This document shows, one piece after another, positions 45,055 through 55,119 of a stretch of 64,000 nucleotides of DNA. The position numbers were made by a program, and so were the translations under genes. Source of the stretch: an uncultured Alphaproteobacteria bacterium (GTDB taxonomy: Bacteria; Pseudomonadota; Alphaproteobacteria; Rhizobiales; HXMU1428-3); assembly GCA_942490955.1 (NCBI GenBank), contig CALNZE010000069.1, positions 4,776 through 68,775 on the forward strand, given 5' to 3'. The notes beneath the pieces were generated by a model. The model had not been told where the DNA came from. It saw nothing but the letters and a program-made list of their open reading frames with translations, and ran no database searches. Position 1 is the stretch's first letter; each line of letters opens with the position of its first letter.

Positions 45055-45762
45055 ATGCACATACTCATCGCCGAAGATGACGCCAACCTACGCAGCGGCC
45101 TTGATGCCCTGCTCAAGGGCGAAGGCTATCAATGCACATTGACGGAAAATGGCGTTGATGCCCTTGCCGCCTTTGAGCGCACACGGCCGGATTTTTGCAT
45201 TTTTGATGTCATGATGCCGGAAATGAGCGGTTTTGATCTCTGCCGCCGCGTCCGTCAGCTGGATGAACAGGTGCCGATCATTCTGCTAACCGCAAAAGGC
45301 GATGAGGTTGACCGCGTCGTCGGGCTGGAACTTGGCGCTGATGATTATATTGCCAAACCCTTTGGCACCAGAGAATTGCTGGCCCGCGTCAAGGCCATCA
45401 CCCGCCGGGCTGGCAAGGCTGGTGTTTCGGGCCGGGGCGAGGCGGAGAAAGCCAGCTTTAAAATGCACGGCGTCACCATAGACCCGCAAACCCTGCGCGC
45501 CCAAACGGGCGACAAGGCAAGCGACAAGACGGTTGCGTTAACATTAAGAGAAATAGCGGTGCTGAAAATGCTCCACCGCGAAGCCGGCAGGGTCGTCCCC
45601 CGCCTGGAGCTGTTTGAGGAATGCTGGGGGCGGCGCTACATGACCAATAGCCGCGCGCTTGATCAATTCATCTCGCAACTGCGCCAGAAGATAGAGCCAG
45701 ACCCCGCCAACCCCGTCATCATTCGTACCGTCCATGGCGTTGGCTATCGCTTTGAGGAATAG
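45055..45762 (+). CDS. OmpR-family response regulator
   Basis: Receiver domain (AEDD, DVMMP, LTAK, KPF) plus winged HTH (LRQKIE, RTVHGVGY). Confidence 0.95.
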   Translation: MHILIAEDDANLRSGLDALLKGEGYQCTLTENGVDALAAFERTRPDFCIFDVMMPEMSGFDLCRRVRQLDEQVPIILLTAKGDEVDRVVGLELGADDYIAKPFGTRELLARVKAITRRAGKAGVSGRGEAEKASFKMHGVTIDPQTLRAQTGDKASDKTVALTLREIAVLKMLHREAGRVVPRLELFEECWGRRYMTNSRALDQFISQLRQKIEPDPANPVIIRTVHGVGYRFEE

Positions 45763-45803
45763 CCCGCCATAGAGGTAAAATCTCAGTTGAAAAACGACAA
45801 GCC

Positions 45804-46391
45804 CTAGTCGAACAGGGCATCAATCTCCACCTGCGCCGGCACTTTTTCGGCCCCAGCGCTGTGCATATCAACCACATTGTTTCTGCCGTGATTGACAATC
45901 GTTGCGGCCTCAGCGATCAGCTCGTGGATAGAAGGTGCCAGCTCCTCACAAAGCCGGGCAAGCGCTTCCGTCTGCTTGGCATCGACCTTGCGGCGCACTT
46001 CATCGAGCACAGCTGTCAGCCGGTCATTGAGCTCGTCAATCACCTCATCAAAGGCCGCACGAATATCATGCGGTGCATGCTCATAGGCTTTTTTCGCCAA
46101 TTCACTTTCAGGAAAGCCGGTAACATCAAAATGCTCTTCATAGCTGATCGGCTGCCAGCTCAGCACATCTTCAGAAACCCCAGGGTCGCCCGGCAGCATC
46201 TCAAGCAGCATCAGTACGCCGCTAAAATGATTGAGATAGACGGTCGTCAACATGGAATTTGTATTGATGTTTGTTCCATCAAGGTGAGAGCGATAATGCT
46301 CTGTCATGGAACTTTGAAACTTACGATGGACGGTCTTTACCAGACTACTATCACTCATGGAACTCACACTCGCACTAGACTCATAATACAT
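45804..46391 (-). CDS. Uncharacterised acidic helical protein with a CheZ/FliM-like C-terminal peptide
   Basis: Natural-looking protein (YLNHF...MLLEMLP...W.P.SY.EHF) ending in AQVEIDALFD. Start codon uncertain. Confidence 0.75.
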   Translation of the reverse strand: MYYESSASVSSMSDSSLVKTVHRKFQSSMTEHYRSHLDGTNINTNSMLTTVYLNHFSGVLMLLEMLPGDPGVSEDVLSWQPISYEEHFDVTGFPESELAKKAYEHAPHDIRAAFDEVIDELNDRLTAVLDEVRRKVDAKQTEALARLCEELAPSIHELIAEAATIVNHGRNNVVDMHSAGAEKVPAQVEIDALFD

Positions 46392-46719
46392 CGAAACTAC
46401 TCTTGGGTTACGCGGTACAAACTTTTAGCGGGCGCAGTTACACAAAGCCCCCCAACTCAAACTATGAAGAGACAGTGTGAGCGACAGTGGTTTCCAAAAG
46501 GTTACAAATTGCATTTAATTTGAATAAAATCCCCACCCTGCGGCCTGATTGGCGGGTCAGGCGCACCAGATTAGCACTTGAAATCCACCCACACAGCGCT
46601 GATTTTAAAGAGGCAACCCGTTGCCTGAGCGGTCTCTATGAACCGCCGCAAGCTTTGTAATCAAGCATAATTGTAATATTGTAATTTTTACCAGCCACCA
46701 CCCCCGCCAGAGGCTCACC

Positions 46720-47391
46720 ATGTGCTCCCGTTTCACCGTCACATCTCATCCCGACGCTGTCCGCGCGGTGTTCAACTACCATAACCCGGCAGACTTCCCG
46801 CCCCGCCAGGCCATCCGGCCAACCGAGCCAATCATGATCGTCCGCGAGGGCCCATCAGCCAAACGCGAGATGGCGCTGGTCCGCTGGGGCTTTATCCCTC
46901 ACTGGGTCAAAGACCCGGATGATTTCCCGCTGATCATCAATGCACGCGCCGAAACACTTGCTGAGAAACCCTCATTCCGCACCGCCATCGCCCACAAGCG
47001 CTGCCTCATCCCGGCTGATGCTTTTTATGAATGGTCCGGACCAAAGGGCAAGCGCCAACCTCACCTGATCAGCCCGGCAAAATCCACCAGCAACACTTCC
47101 ACCATGGCCTTCGCCGGCCTTTGGGATCATTGGCTCGGCGCTGATGGCAGCGAGTTTGAAAGCGCCGCCATCATCACCGTCGCCGCCAACAAGCTCGTTG
47201 GCACCATCCACGACCGCATGCCCGCCATTCTCCCACCGGAAAATTTTGATGATTGGCTCAACGTGCGCGACGTCCGCGCCAAACACGTCCTGGGCCTGCT
47301 CACCCCCGCCCCCGAAACCCTCCTCCACATCGACAACATCGAAAAAGCCCCAACAAAGGATGAAGCCCAAAAGCAGGGCAACCTCTTCTAA
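46720..47391 (+). CDS. SOS response-associated peptidase (SRAP/YedK)
   Basis: N-terminal MCSRF, INARAE, RCLIPADAFYEW and HDRMP. Confidence 0.95.
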   Translation: MCSRFTVTSHPDAVRAVFNYHNPADFPPRQAIRPTEPIMIVREGPSAKREMALVRWGFIPHWVKDPDDFPLIINARAETLAEKPSFRTAIAHKRCLIPADAFYEWSGPKGKRQPHLISPAKSTSNTSTMAFAGLWDHWLGADGSEFESAAIITVAANKLVGTIHDRMPAILPPENFDDWLNVRDVRAKHVLGLLTPAPETLLHIDNIEKAPTKDEAQKQGNLF

Positions 47392-47482
47392 ACACCCGCC
47401 GCCAGCCTCAGCCAATACGCAACCGACCGAGCAAAAAAAGCGTCGAGCCCCCTCAACACAAATTCTTCTCTCTTTTTTCTCA

Positions 47483-47626
47483 ACCTTGATCAAAGTACCA
47501 CTTTGATAAAAACCCAGTAGAGCCGCCGCAAGGCGGCTAACCGCATATACTCCTTTCTTCTCTACCTTGATCAAAGTACACTGAGCGCTAGCGAAGGACT
47601 TTGATCAAAATCAAATTTTGATCAAA
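47483..47626. repeat. Cluster of TTGATCAA-based direct and inverted repeats around a GCAA-tetraloop hairpin
   Basis: ACCTTGATCAAAGTAC at 47483 and 47564; AGCCGCC-GCAA-GGCGGCT at 47521-47538; further TTTGATCAAA at about 47600 and 47617. Confidence 0.8.
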
Positions 47627-49047
47627 GCTTTCGGGTTCATTATCCCCCCCGGATCAATCGCCGCCTTCACCGCCCGCATCAGCGTCAACTCCGCCGGGTC
47701 TTTCACGCGCGCCAGCAAATCCCGCTTCATAACACCGATGCCATGCTCCGCACTGATTGAGCCGCCAAATTCCAGCACCACCGCATAAACCGCCTCATTC
47801 AGCTCTTCCCACTGATCGAGAAAAGCCTGCCGGTCCATGCCCTTGGGCTGCGTGATGTTGTAATGAATATTGCCATCACCAAAATGGCCAAACGGCACGG
47901 GCCGCGCACCGGGGATCATCGTCTCAACCACCTCGTTCGCAGCCGGGATAAACGCCGGAATGCTGGTGACCGGCACCGAGACATCATGCTTGATCGAGCC
48001 GCCCTCAATCTTTTGCGCCTCGGACATCAACTCCCGCAGCGCCCATAACCGCTCCCGCTGCGCCTCGGAATTCGAGAGCACCGCATCACCCACAACGCCG
48101 TCTTCAATTGCCGTCGCCATTGCCGCCTCCAGCAGTGGCGCCACCTCGCCCATCCGCTGCGCCTCCAGCTCGATCAACCCATACCAGGGCCAGTCATCTT
48201 TAAGCGGTTTTTTATGCGCGATGCCAGCTTCCGCTTGCTGCTTGACCACCATCTCGATGCCGATCTGCGGCAGGATCTCAAACGCACAAAGCGCCGCGCC
48301 CGCCTTTTCCGATACAATCTCAAACAGCCGCGCCAGCGCTTCAAGGCTATTGCAACCAGCAAAGGCAACCTGCCGCTCCACCGGGCGGGGGTACAGCCTG
48401 AGGGCCGCAGCGGTGATAATGCCAAGCGTGCCCTCCGCGCCAATGAACAGCTGCTTCATGTCATATCCGGTGTTGTCCTTGCGCAAATTTCCCATCTTGC
48501 GCCATATCTGCCCGTCCGGCAGCACCACCTCGAGCCCCAGCACCTGCTCCCGCATCATGCCGTATTTCAAAACCTGGATACCACCCGCATTGGTCGAGAT
48601 CGCGCCGCCAATCTGGCATGTGCCCTCAGAGGCAAGGCTCACCGGAAACAATCTGTCATGTTCGGCCGCCAAAACCTGCACTTCCTGCAAAGTCATCCCG
48701 GCGCCCACGGTCATTGAATTGTCCGTTAGCGAGATCGATGGCTCCTGCCTGAGGCGTTTGAGCGACAGCAGAATTTGCTTATTTGATCTGTCTGGAATTT
48801 GCGCGCCAACCAGGCCGGTATTGCCGCCCTGCGGCACAATCACCGTGCCCGTCTCGCAGGCCAGCTTGACGATTTCGCTAACCTCTTCAACCGTGCCGGG
48901 CAGCAAAACCAGCGGCGTCAGCCCTTCATATTTATCCCGCCACTCCCGCAAGAAAGGCGCAGTATCTCCAGCCTCGGTCAGCGCATGCCCCGGCCCGACG
49001 ATACCGGCAAACCGCTGCAGTAAGGCTGTATCGATCAAATCATTCAT
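47611..49047 (-). CDS. FAD-linked oxidoreductase (D-2-hydroxyacid dehydrogenase family)
   Basis: PQGGNTGLVG, STNAGG, RKDNTGYD, GHFGDGNIH and SAEHGIG. Confidence 0.92.
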   Translation of the reverse strand: MNDLIDTALLQRFAGIVGPGHALTEAGDTAPFLREWRDKYEGLTPLVLLPGTVEEVSEIVKLACETGTVIVPQGGNTGLVGAQIPDRSNKQILLSLKRLRQEPSISLTDNSMTVGAGMTLQEVQVLAAEHDRLFPVSLASEGTCQIGGAISTNAGGIQVLKYGMMREQVLGLEVVLPDGQIWRKMGNLRKDNTGYDMKQLFIGAEGTLGIITAAALRLYPRPVERQVAFAGCNSLEALARLFEIVSEKAGAALCAFEILPQIGIEMVVKQQAEAGIAHKKPLKDDWPWYGLIELEAQRMGEVAPLLEAAMATAIEDGVVGDAVLSNSEAQRERLWALRELMSEAQKIEGGSIKHDVSVPVTSIPAFIPAANEVVETMIPGARPVPFGHFGDGNIHYNITQPKGMDRQAFLDQWEELNEAVYAVVLEFGGSISAEHGIGVMKRDLLARVKDPAELTLMRAVKAAIDPGGIMNPKALIKI

Positions 49048-49081
49048 CGCCAATTCTCTTGAACCACCCCCCGCAACCGGG

Positions 49082-50083
49082 CTATTTCGCGGCCGCCCGC
49101 TGCAATCTGTCATTCAACGCGGCCCCGATGCCCTCCTGCGGAATAGGGCTAACAGCCACATGGCTAACCCCCTGGCTATCCATCCAGCGCAGCCCGCCAT
49201 AAAGCCGCCGCGCCGCCTCCTCAAGGTCACCCGCTTCACTCAGATTGTAAAGCGGCATCTCCCCGCTTTGACCATCCAGCGTTCCATCGAGCGCACCAAA
49301 TGCCAGCAGCCCTTCCTCCGCCCGCACCTCTTTCGCATTGAGCCTCAGCTCTGCCTGCGGCGCATAATGCTTCAGTAGCAATCCCGGCGAAATTGGCGCC
49401 TCTTTCCCAGCGCCCTGCTCTGTGCCATGGGCCAGCGCCGCGCGGTATTCCTCTAATCCGACCACGCCCAGCCCGGTCGCCTCTGTAAGGTCCCGTGGCG
49501 TCACTGTACCGGGGCGCAGCATCAGCAGGAAGGGGCCGTGCTCACCGCCCTCAACCACTTTGACAATTGTTGATTCTATGCCCGCCATCGTCGCCCCGCC
49601 ATCAAGAATCATATCGACCGTATCACCAAGATCCTGCCAGACATGCGCCGCCCTTGTCGGGCTCACACCGCCGGAGCGATTGGCGCTCGGTGCCGCAATC
49701 GCCAGCCCGCTCTGCTGCAAGAGTGCCTGCATCATCTCATGCTTCGGCGCCCGCAAAGCGATTGTCCCTAGCCCCGCCGTCACCAGCGGCGAAATACCGG
49801 CGCTGCTTTTCAGCGGCACAACCAGTGTCAAAGGCCCCGGCCAGAAGGCCGCCGCCAATTGCCGCTCGACCGGGCCAAATTCGCCAATATCTGCCGCCGC
49901 CGTAGCGCCCGTAACATGGACAATCAGCGGGTTAAAATCAGGCCGGCCCTTAACTTCAAAAATCCGCGCAACCGCTGCCTCATCCCGGGCGTTGGCGCCA
50001 AGGCCGTAAACCGTCTCTGTCGGCACGGCGACCAGCCCGCCGCCTTGCAATATCTGAGCGGCCTTTGTTATTTCATTATTCAC
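49082..50083 (-). CDS. sua5: L-threonylcarbamoyladenylate synthase (Sua5 type)
   Basis: PTETVYGL, KGRP..NPLI, APSAN.SG and SPG....HYAP. Confidence 0.95.
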   Translation of the reverse strand: MNNEITKAAQILQGGGLVAVPTETVYGLGANARDEAAVARIFEVKGRPDFNPLIVHVTGATAAADIGEFGPVERQLAAAFWPGPLTLVVPLKSSAGISPLVTAGLGTIALRAPKHEMMQALLQQSGLAIAAPSANRSGGVSPTRAAHVWQDLGDTVDMILDGGATMAGIESTIVKVVEGGEHGPFLLMLRPGTVTPRDLTEATGLGVVGLEEYRAALAHGTEQGAGKEAPISPGLLLKHYAPQAELRLNAKEVRAEEGLLAFGALDGTLDGQSGEMPLYNLSEAGDLEEAARRLYGGLRWMDSQGVSHVAVSPIPQEGIGAALNDRLQRAAAK

Positions 50084-50280
50084 GAACAGCTTCCTTGCCC
50101 CGGCATATCGCACCCATTGCTAAATTTCACCCGGAGACTTAAGGCTCCGTTGCTTAGGCTTGCTTTTATAGGCTTTTCAGCACTAGACTCCATAAAAATT
50201 GCATAAAGATCGCTATCAAAAACGCCGATGGCCAGCAAACCAAGGCGGAATACAATAAAAAGCTTAGGGAGGTACCATCC

Positions 50281-52062
50281 GTGGCATATCAGGCACCGGT
50301 TGAGGACATTCAGCATATTTTAAAAAACATTCTCGACCTTGATCAGCTGATCGCCTCCAACCTGGCCGGTGACCTCGATGAAGACACCCTGACCGCGATT
50401 CTGGAAGAAGCCGGCAAATTCGCCAGTGAAGAGCTGGCCCCCCTTAACACCATTGGCGACAAACAGGGCTGCCAACTGGACAATGGCACAGTCACCACAC
50501 CGGATGGCTGGCGCGAGGCGTATGAGAAATGGGCCGAGTCAGGCTGGGCGGCCCTTTCCGCGCCGGAAGCATTTGGCGGCCAGGACCTGCCACAAATTCT
50601 CGGCCAGGCGATTGGCGAATTCTGGAACGGCGCCAACATGGCCTTTGGCCTCTGTCCCCTCCTCACCCAGGGCGCGGTCGACGCCATCGCCCATCACGCC
50701 GACGACGAGTTAAAAGCCATCTATCTTGAAAAAATGGTCTCCGGCCAATGGACAGGCACCATGAACCTGACAGAGCCACAAGCCGGCTCGGACCTTGCCG
50801 CCATCCGCACCAAAGCCGTGCCCCAGGATGATGGCAGCTACAAAATCTCCGGCACCAAAATTTTCATCACCTATGGCGAGCATGAACTAACGGAAAACAT
50901 CATCCATCTCGTCCTCGCCCGTCTGCCGGATGCCCCGGCTGGCACCAAAGGCATCTCGCTGTTTCTCGTTCCCAAATTTCTGCCCGATGATGATGGCAAC
51001 CCGGGCGAGCGCAACGATCTCATCTGCTCCGGGCTTGAGCACAAGCTCGGCATCCACGCCTCGCCCACCTGTGTCATGAGCTTTGGCGACAAGGGCGGTG
51101 CCACCGGCTATCTCGTCGGCGAGGAAAATCGCGGCCTTGTCGCTATGTTCACCATGATGAACCTGGCCCGCCTCTCCGTTGGCACGCAGGGCGTCGCCAT
51201 TATGGACCGCGCCTGCCAGCATGCCGAGGCTTATGCCCGTGACCGCCGCCAAGGTGCAGCAATTGGTAGCCCCCGCGGCACCATGGACCCGATCATCGCG
51301 CATCCCGAAATCCGCCGCACGCTCGGGCAGATGCAGGCCCTAACCCAGGCCTGCCGCGCCATCACCCTCGCCACCGCCTCCGAGACCGACAAATCCGCCA
51401 GAGGCGCCAGCGAGGAAGAGCGCCGCGCCGCTGCCAACATGACAGCCCTCCTCACACCCATCGCCAAAGCCTTCCCGACAGATTGCGGCATGGCGGTGAC
51501 ATCTGAAGGCATTCAGGTTCATGGCGGCATGGGCTTCATCGAGGAGACCGGTGCCGCCCAGTTCCACCGCGACGCCCGCATCCTGCCAATCTATGAAGGC
51601 ACCAATGGCATCCAGGCCATTGATCTTGTCACCCGCAAACTCACACTCGATAACGGCACCACGCTAAAATCCCTGCTGCAACAACTGCGCGCCGTGAATG
51701 ACAGCCTCGGTCAAAATCAGGCTCTGGCAGATGAAATGGGCGATGGCCTCGCCGCCGCGCTTTCGGATCTGGAGAGCAGCCTCGCCCATCTTACCAATCC
51801 TGCCAGCAATGACCCGGCCAACCTGCTCTACGCCGCCACACCGCTGCTGCGGATGATGGGCATCACCATTGGCGGGGCCCTGCTCATCAAAGGCGCGCTC
51901 AAGGCCACCGCCGAAAATGACCCGGCAGCCATAAGGCAAACCGCCCTTGCGGCCATCTTCGCTCATCAGATCCTGCCGCAGGCGCACGCCCTCAACCGCG
52001 AGATTATCGGCGGCGGCGACAAGCTGAAAACCCAGACCGACCGGCTGTTCACCCACACTTAA
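50281..52062 (+). CDS. Acyl-CoA dehydrogenase (long form, DmdC-like)
   Basis: MNLTEPQAGSDL, GTKIFITYG, EHKLGIHASPT, QVHGGMGF and IYEGTNGIQA. Confidence 0.92.
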   Translation: MAYQAPVEDIQHILKNILDLDQLIASNLAGDLDEDTLTAILEEAGKFASEELAPLNTIGDKQGCQLDNGTVTTPDGWREAYEKWAESGWAALSAPEAFGGQDLPQILGQAIGEFWNGANMAFGLCPLLTQGAVDAIAHHADDELKAIYLEKMVSGQWTGTMNLTEPQAGSDLAAIRTKAVPQDDGSYKISGTKIFITYGEHELTENIIHLVLARLPDAPAGTKGISLFLVPKFLPDDDGNPGERNDLICSGLEHKLGIHASPTCVMSFGDKGGATGYLVGEENRGLVAMFTMMNLARLSVGTQGVAIMDRACQHAEAYARDRRQGAAIGSPRGTMDPIIAHPEIRRTLGQMQALTQACRAITLATASETDKSARGASEEERRAAANMTALLTPIAKAFPTDCGMAVTSEGIQVHGGMGFIEETGAAQFHRDARILPIYEGTNGIQAIDLVTRKLTLDNGTTLKSLLQQLRAVNDSLGQNQALADEMGDGLAAALSDLESSLAHLTNPASNDPANLLYAATPLLRMMGITIGGALLIKGALKATAENDPAAIRQTALAAIFAHQILPQAHALNREIIGGGDKLKTQTDRLFTHT

Positions 52063-52132
52063 TTGACCAGCCAGACTGTCGATAAGGAAATGCACCAACG
52101 ACAATGCGGTCACGAATTAAGGAAACACACTC

Positions 52133-52888
52133 ATGAGTGAAAACATCGCCATCGAAAGAGATGGCCACATTCAGCATGTTTCCATCCGGCGTTTGGCCAA
52201 AAAAAACGCCCTCACCAATGACATGTATATCGCCCTGGCCGGTGCCCTGAACGGCGCCAACAGTGACGACGGCATCCGCGTTACCATCATTTCCGGTGAG
52301 CCCGGCTGCTTCACCGCCGGCAACGACATCAATGATTTCCTCTCCTACGCCCAGGAAGGCGCCCTGCCGGACGGCGTGCTGAAATTCCTAAAAGCCCTGA
52401 CGGAAACGCAAAAGCCGCTGATCCTCGCCGTTGATGGGCCCGCCATCGGCATCGGCACCACAATGTGCTTTCATGCCGATCTGGTTTACGCCACGAAGAA
52501 TGCCCTTTTCAGCACCCCCTTCCTCGACCTCGGCCTCATCCCCGAGGCAGCCTCATCCTATTTAATGCCAAAAACCATGGGCCACGCCCGCGCCTTTGAA
52601 ATGCTGGTGCTGGGCGAGGGCTATTCGGCCGAGGCCGCCCGTGAAGCCGGCATCGTCAATGCCATTCTTGATAGCGAAGACCTCATTCCTCATGTCAGCC
52701 GCATCGCCGCCCGCCTCGCCGCCAAGCCGCCCGCCGCCCTTAAAATCGCCCGCCAGCTCATGCGGCTCGATCAGGAAATTACCGTCAAGGTTATGGAAAA
52801 AGAATGCGAGCTCTTCGCCGCCCAGTTAAAAAGCCCGGAAGCCGTCGCCGCGTTTACCGCCTTTTTATCCAAGTCAAAACCGTCCTGA
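52133..52888 (+). CDS. Crotonase / enoyl-CoA hydratase-isomerase
   Basis: FTAGNDI, AIGIGTT and LGLIPEA. Confidence 0.92.
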   Translation: MSENIAIERDGHIQHVSIRRLAKKNALTNDMYIALAGALNGANSDDGIRVTIISGEPGCFTAGNDINDFLSYAQEGALPDGVLKFLKALTETQKPLILAVDGPAIGIGTTMCFHADLVYATKNALFSTPFLDLGLIPEAASSYLMPKTMGHARAFEMLVLGEGYSAEAAREAGIVNAILDSEDLIPHVSRIAARLAAKPPAALKIARQLMRLDQEITVKVMEKECELFAAQLKSPEAVAAFTAFLSKSKPS

Positions 52889-52926
52889 GCCTCCCGCACG
52901 AGCCTTCGGATTAACAGGAGCCCAAA

Positions 52927-53790
52927 ATGGCAGACCTCAAGGGAAAAACACTCTTCATCACCGGCGGCTCCCGTGGCATTGGCCTGGCCATCGCCAAACG
53001 CGCCGCCGCAGATGGCGCCAATGTCGCCATCGCTGCCAAAACAGCAGAGCCTCACCCAAAGCTTGAGGGCACAATCCACACCGCCGTCGAGGAGATCAAT
53101 GCCGCGGGCGGCCAGGGCCTCGCCATCCAGATGGACATTCGCCAAGAGGAACAGGTCATCGACGCCCTCACCCAAACGGCAGAAAAATTCGGTGGCATAG
53201 ACATTGTCGTCAACAACGCCAGCGCCATCTTCCTGATGCCAACCACCGCCCTGGAGATGAAGCGCTTCGACCTGATGCATCAGGTCAATGCACGCGGCAC
53301 CTTCATGGTCTCAAAACACGCCATCCCTTATCTCGAGCGCGCCGACAACCCGCATATCCTGATGCTGTCACCCCCTCTCGACCTTACAACCAAATGGTTC
53401 GCCCCCCATCTTGGCTACTCCATGGCTAAATATGGCATGAGCCTCGTCACCCTTGGCCTTGCCGGCGAACTGGCAGAAAAGAAAATCGCCGTCAACGCGC
53501 TGTGGCCGCGCACCACCATCGCCACCGCCGCCATATCGAATAATTTCGGTGATGACGCCATGCGCGCCTGCCGCACGCCCGCCATTATGGCCGACGCCGC
53601 TCACATGGTTTTTGTCCAGAACGCCGCCGAGGTTACCGGCCGGTTTTTCATTGATGACACGCTCCTTGCCGAGCATGGCACCACCGATTTTGACCAATAC
53701 CGCGTTGACCCTGGCCGCGATCTCGTGCCCGATTTTTTTGTACCGGAAGACAGCCAGCCCCCCGCCAGTCTCAAAGCAAAACCAGGCTAA
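52927..53790 (+). CDS. SDR oxidoreductase (HSDL2 / citronellol dehydrogenase-like)
   Basis: TGGSRGIG, PHPKLEGTI, NNAS, YSMAK and NALWPRT. Confidence 0.9.
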   Translation: MADLKGKTLFITGGSRGIGLAIAKRAAADGANVAIAAKTAEPHPKLEGTIHTAVEEINAAGGQGLAIQMDIRQEEQVIDALTQTAEKFGGIDIVVNNASAIFLMPTTALEMKRFDLMHQVNARGTFMVSKHAIPYLERADNPHILMLSPPLDLTTKWFAPHLGYSMAKYGMSLVTLGLAGELAEKKIAVNALWPRTTIATAAISNNFGDDAMRACRTPAIMADAAHMVFVQNAAEVTGRFFIDDTLLAEHGTTDFDQYRVDPGRDLVPDFFVPEDSQPPASLKAKPG

Positions 53791-53862
53791 CAAGCCCTGC
53801 CAAAACCCAGACCTTCCCGGAAATCACTGGCAAACAACAATAATCCAAGGCAAGATGCAGCC

Positions 53863-54798
53863 ATGTCGACACTCTACATCACCCACCCCGCCTGCCTCGA
53901 GCATGAAAACGGCCCCACACACCCCGAGCGGCCAGACCGCCTCCGCGCCATCGAAAAAGTCCTCGCTCACGAAATTTTCGCGCCGCTGGTCCGCCAGGAA
54001 GCACCAAAGGCGACCATCGAGCAAATCGCCCTCGCCCACCCGCAAAATTACATTGAGCTGATCAAAAAGAGCCGCCCTGAAAATGGCTATGCCTTCATCG
54101 ATCCTGACACCTCGATGAACAAATTCACATGGAAAGCCCTCAAGCGCGCCATTGGCGGCGCCTGCCATGCCGTTGACCAGATCATGACCGGCAAACACGA
54201 CAACGCCTTCCTCGCCACCCGCCCGCCGGGCCACCATGCCGAGGCCACCAGAGCCTGCGGCTTTTGCATCTTTAACCATGTCGCCGTCGCCGCCTACCAT
54301 GCCCGCAAAGCCCACGGCGCCAACCGCGTCGCGGTTGTTGACTTTGACGTTCACCACGGCAATGGCACACAGGATATTTTCTGGTCCGATAAAGACATGT
54401 TCTACGGCTCCACCCACGAAATGCCGCTATTCCCCGGCACAGGCGCCGTTAGCGAAACCGGCGTTGGCAACATCTGGAACGCCCCCCTGAAGGCTGGCGA
54501 TGGCAGTGAGCAATTCAAGGACGCCATGAAAAGCCGCGTTCTCCCGGCCTTGCGCGAATTCTCGCCGGACCTCATCCTCATTTCCGCCGGGTTTGACGCC
54601 CATAAAAATGACCCGCTTGCCAATGTCATGCTGGACGAACAGGATTTCGGCTGGATCACCGATGAACTGCTCGATATCGCCGATAAGCACTGCGATGGTC
54701 GAGTTGTCTCCATTCTCGAGGGCGGCTATAACCTCGAAGGGCTTGCAAAATCCGCCGCTGTTCATGTACAGCATCTCATCAAAGCCGCTGGCAGCTAG
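53863..54798 (+). CDS. Histone deacetylase family amidohydrolase
   Basis: HPE, RPPGHHA, DFDVHHGNGT, SAGFDAH and LEGGY. Confidence 0.95.
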   Translation: MSTLYITHPACLEHENGPTHPERPDRLRAIEKVLAHEIFAPLVRQEAPKATIEQIALAHPQNYIELIKKSRPENGYAFIDPDTSMNKFTWKALKRAIGGACHAVDQIMTGKHDNAFLATRPPGHHAEATRACGFCIFNHVAVAAYHARKAHGANRVAVVDFDVHHGNGTQDIFWSDKDMFYGSTHEMPLFPGTGAVSETGVGNIWNAPLKAGDGSEQFKDAMKSRVLPALREFSPDLILISAGFDAHKNDPLANVMLDEQDFGWITDELLDIADKHCDGRVVSILEGGYNLEGLAKSAAVHVQHLIKAAGS

Positions 54799-54828
54799 AC
54801 AAGGCGCAACAACGGGGACCGTAGACAG

Positions 54829-55083
54829 ATGAACAAACAAGCCACCACCGCTGACATAAAACAAATGAGTTTTGAAACAGCCCTGGCCGAGCTGGAGCAG
54901 ATCGTTGGCCGCCTTGAGCATGGCGACGTGCCGCTCGAAGAATCCATCCAGATTTATGAACGCGGCGAGGCGCTGCGCGCCCATTGCGACCGCCTCCTGA
55001 CCCAGGCCGAGGCCAAGGTTGAAAAGATCACAGTGACCCCTGAGGGAACCGCTGGTCAAACAGAGCCGCTGGAGATAGAATAA
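54829..55083 (+). CDS. xseB: Exodeoxyribonuclease VII small subunit
   Basis: SFETALAELEQIV..LE.G...LEESI..YERG..L...C...L..AE. Confidence 0.96.
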   Translation: MNKQATTADIKQMSFETALAELEQIVGRLEHGDVPLEESIQIYERGEALRAHCDRLLTQAEAKVEKITVTPEGTAGQTEPLEIE

Positions 55084-55119
55084 AATATTGTCTCCCAAAG
55101 ATTTAACCGGACATATTTA

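Noticed and set aside
46560-46719. LexA box before SRAP
   Set aside because: No GTTC-N7-GTTC or GAAC-N7-GAAC found; three TTGTAAT copies are irregularly spaced.
46972-47574. 200-aa minus ORF with repeated IKVEKK
   Set aside because: Product of the intergenic repeat plus SRAP antisense.
47601-47614. Perfect FNR/FixK box TTGAT-CAAA-ATCAA
   Set aside because: Lies between convergent 3' ends and overlaps a stop codon; explained by the local TTGATCAA repeats.
47870-49378. 502-aa + strand ORF
   Set aside because: Ser/Pro-rich antisense shadow of the FAD oxidoreductase and sua5.
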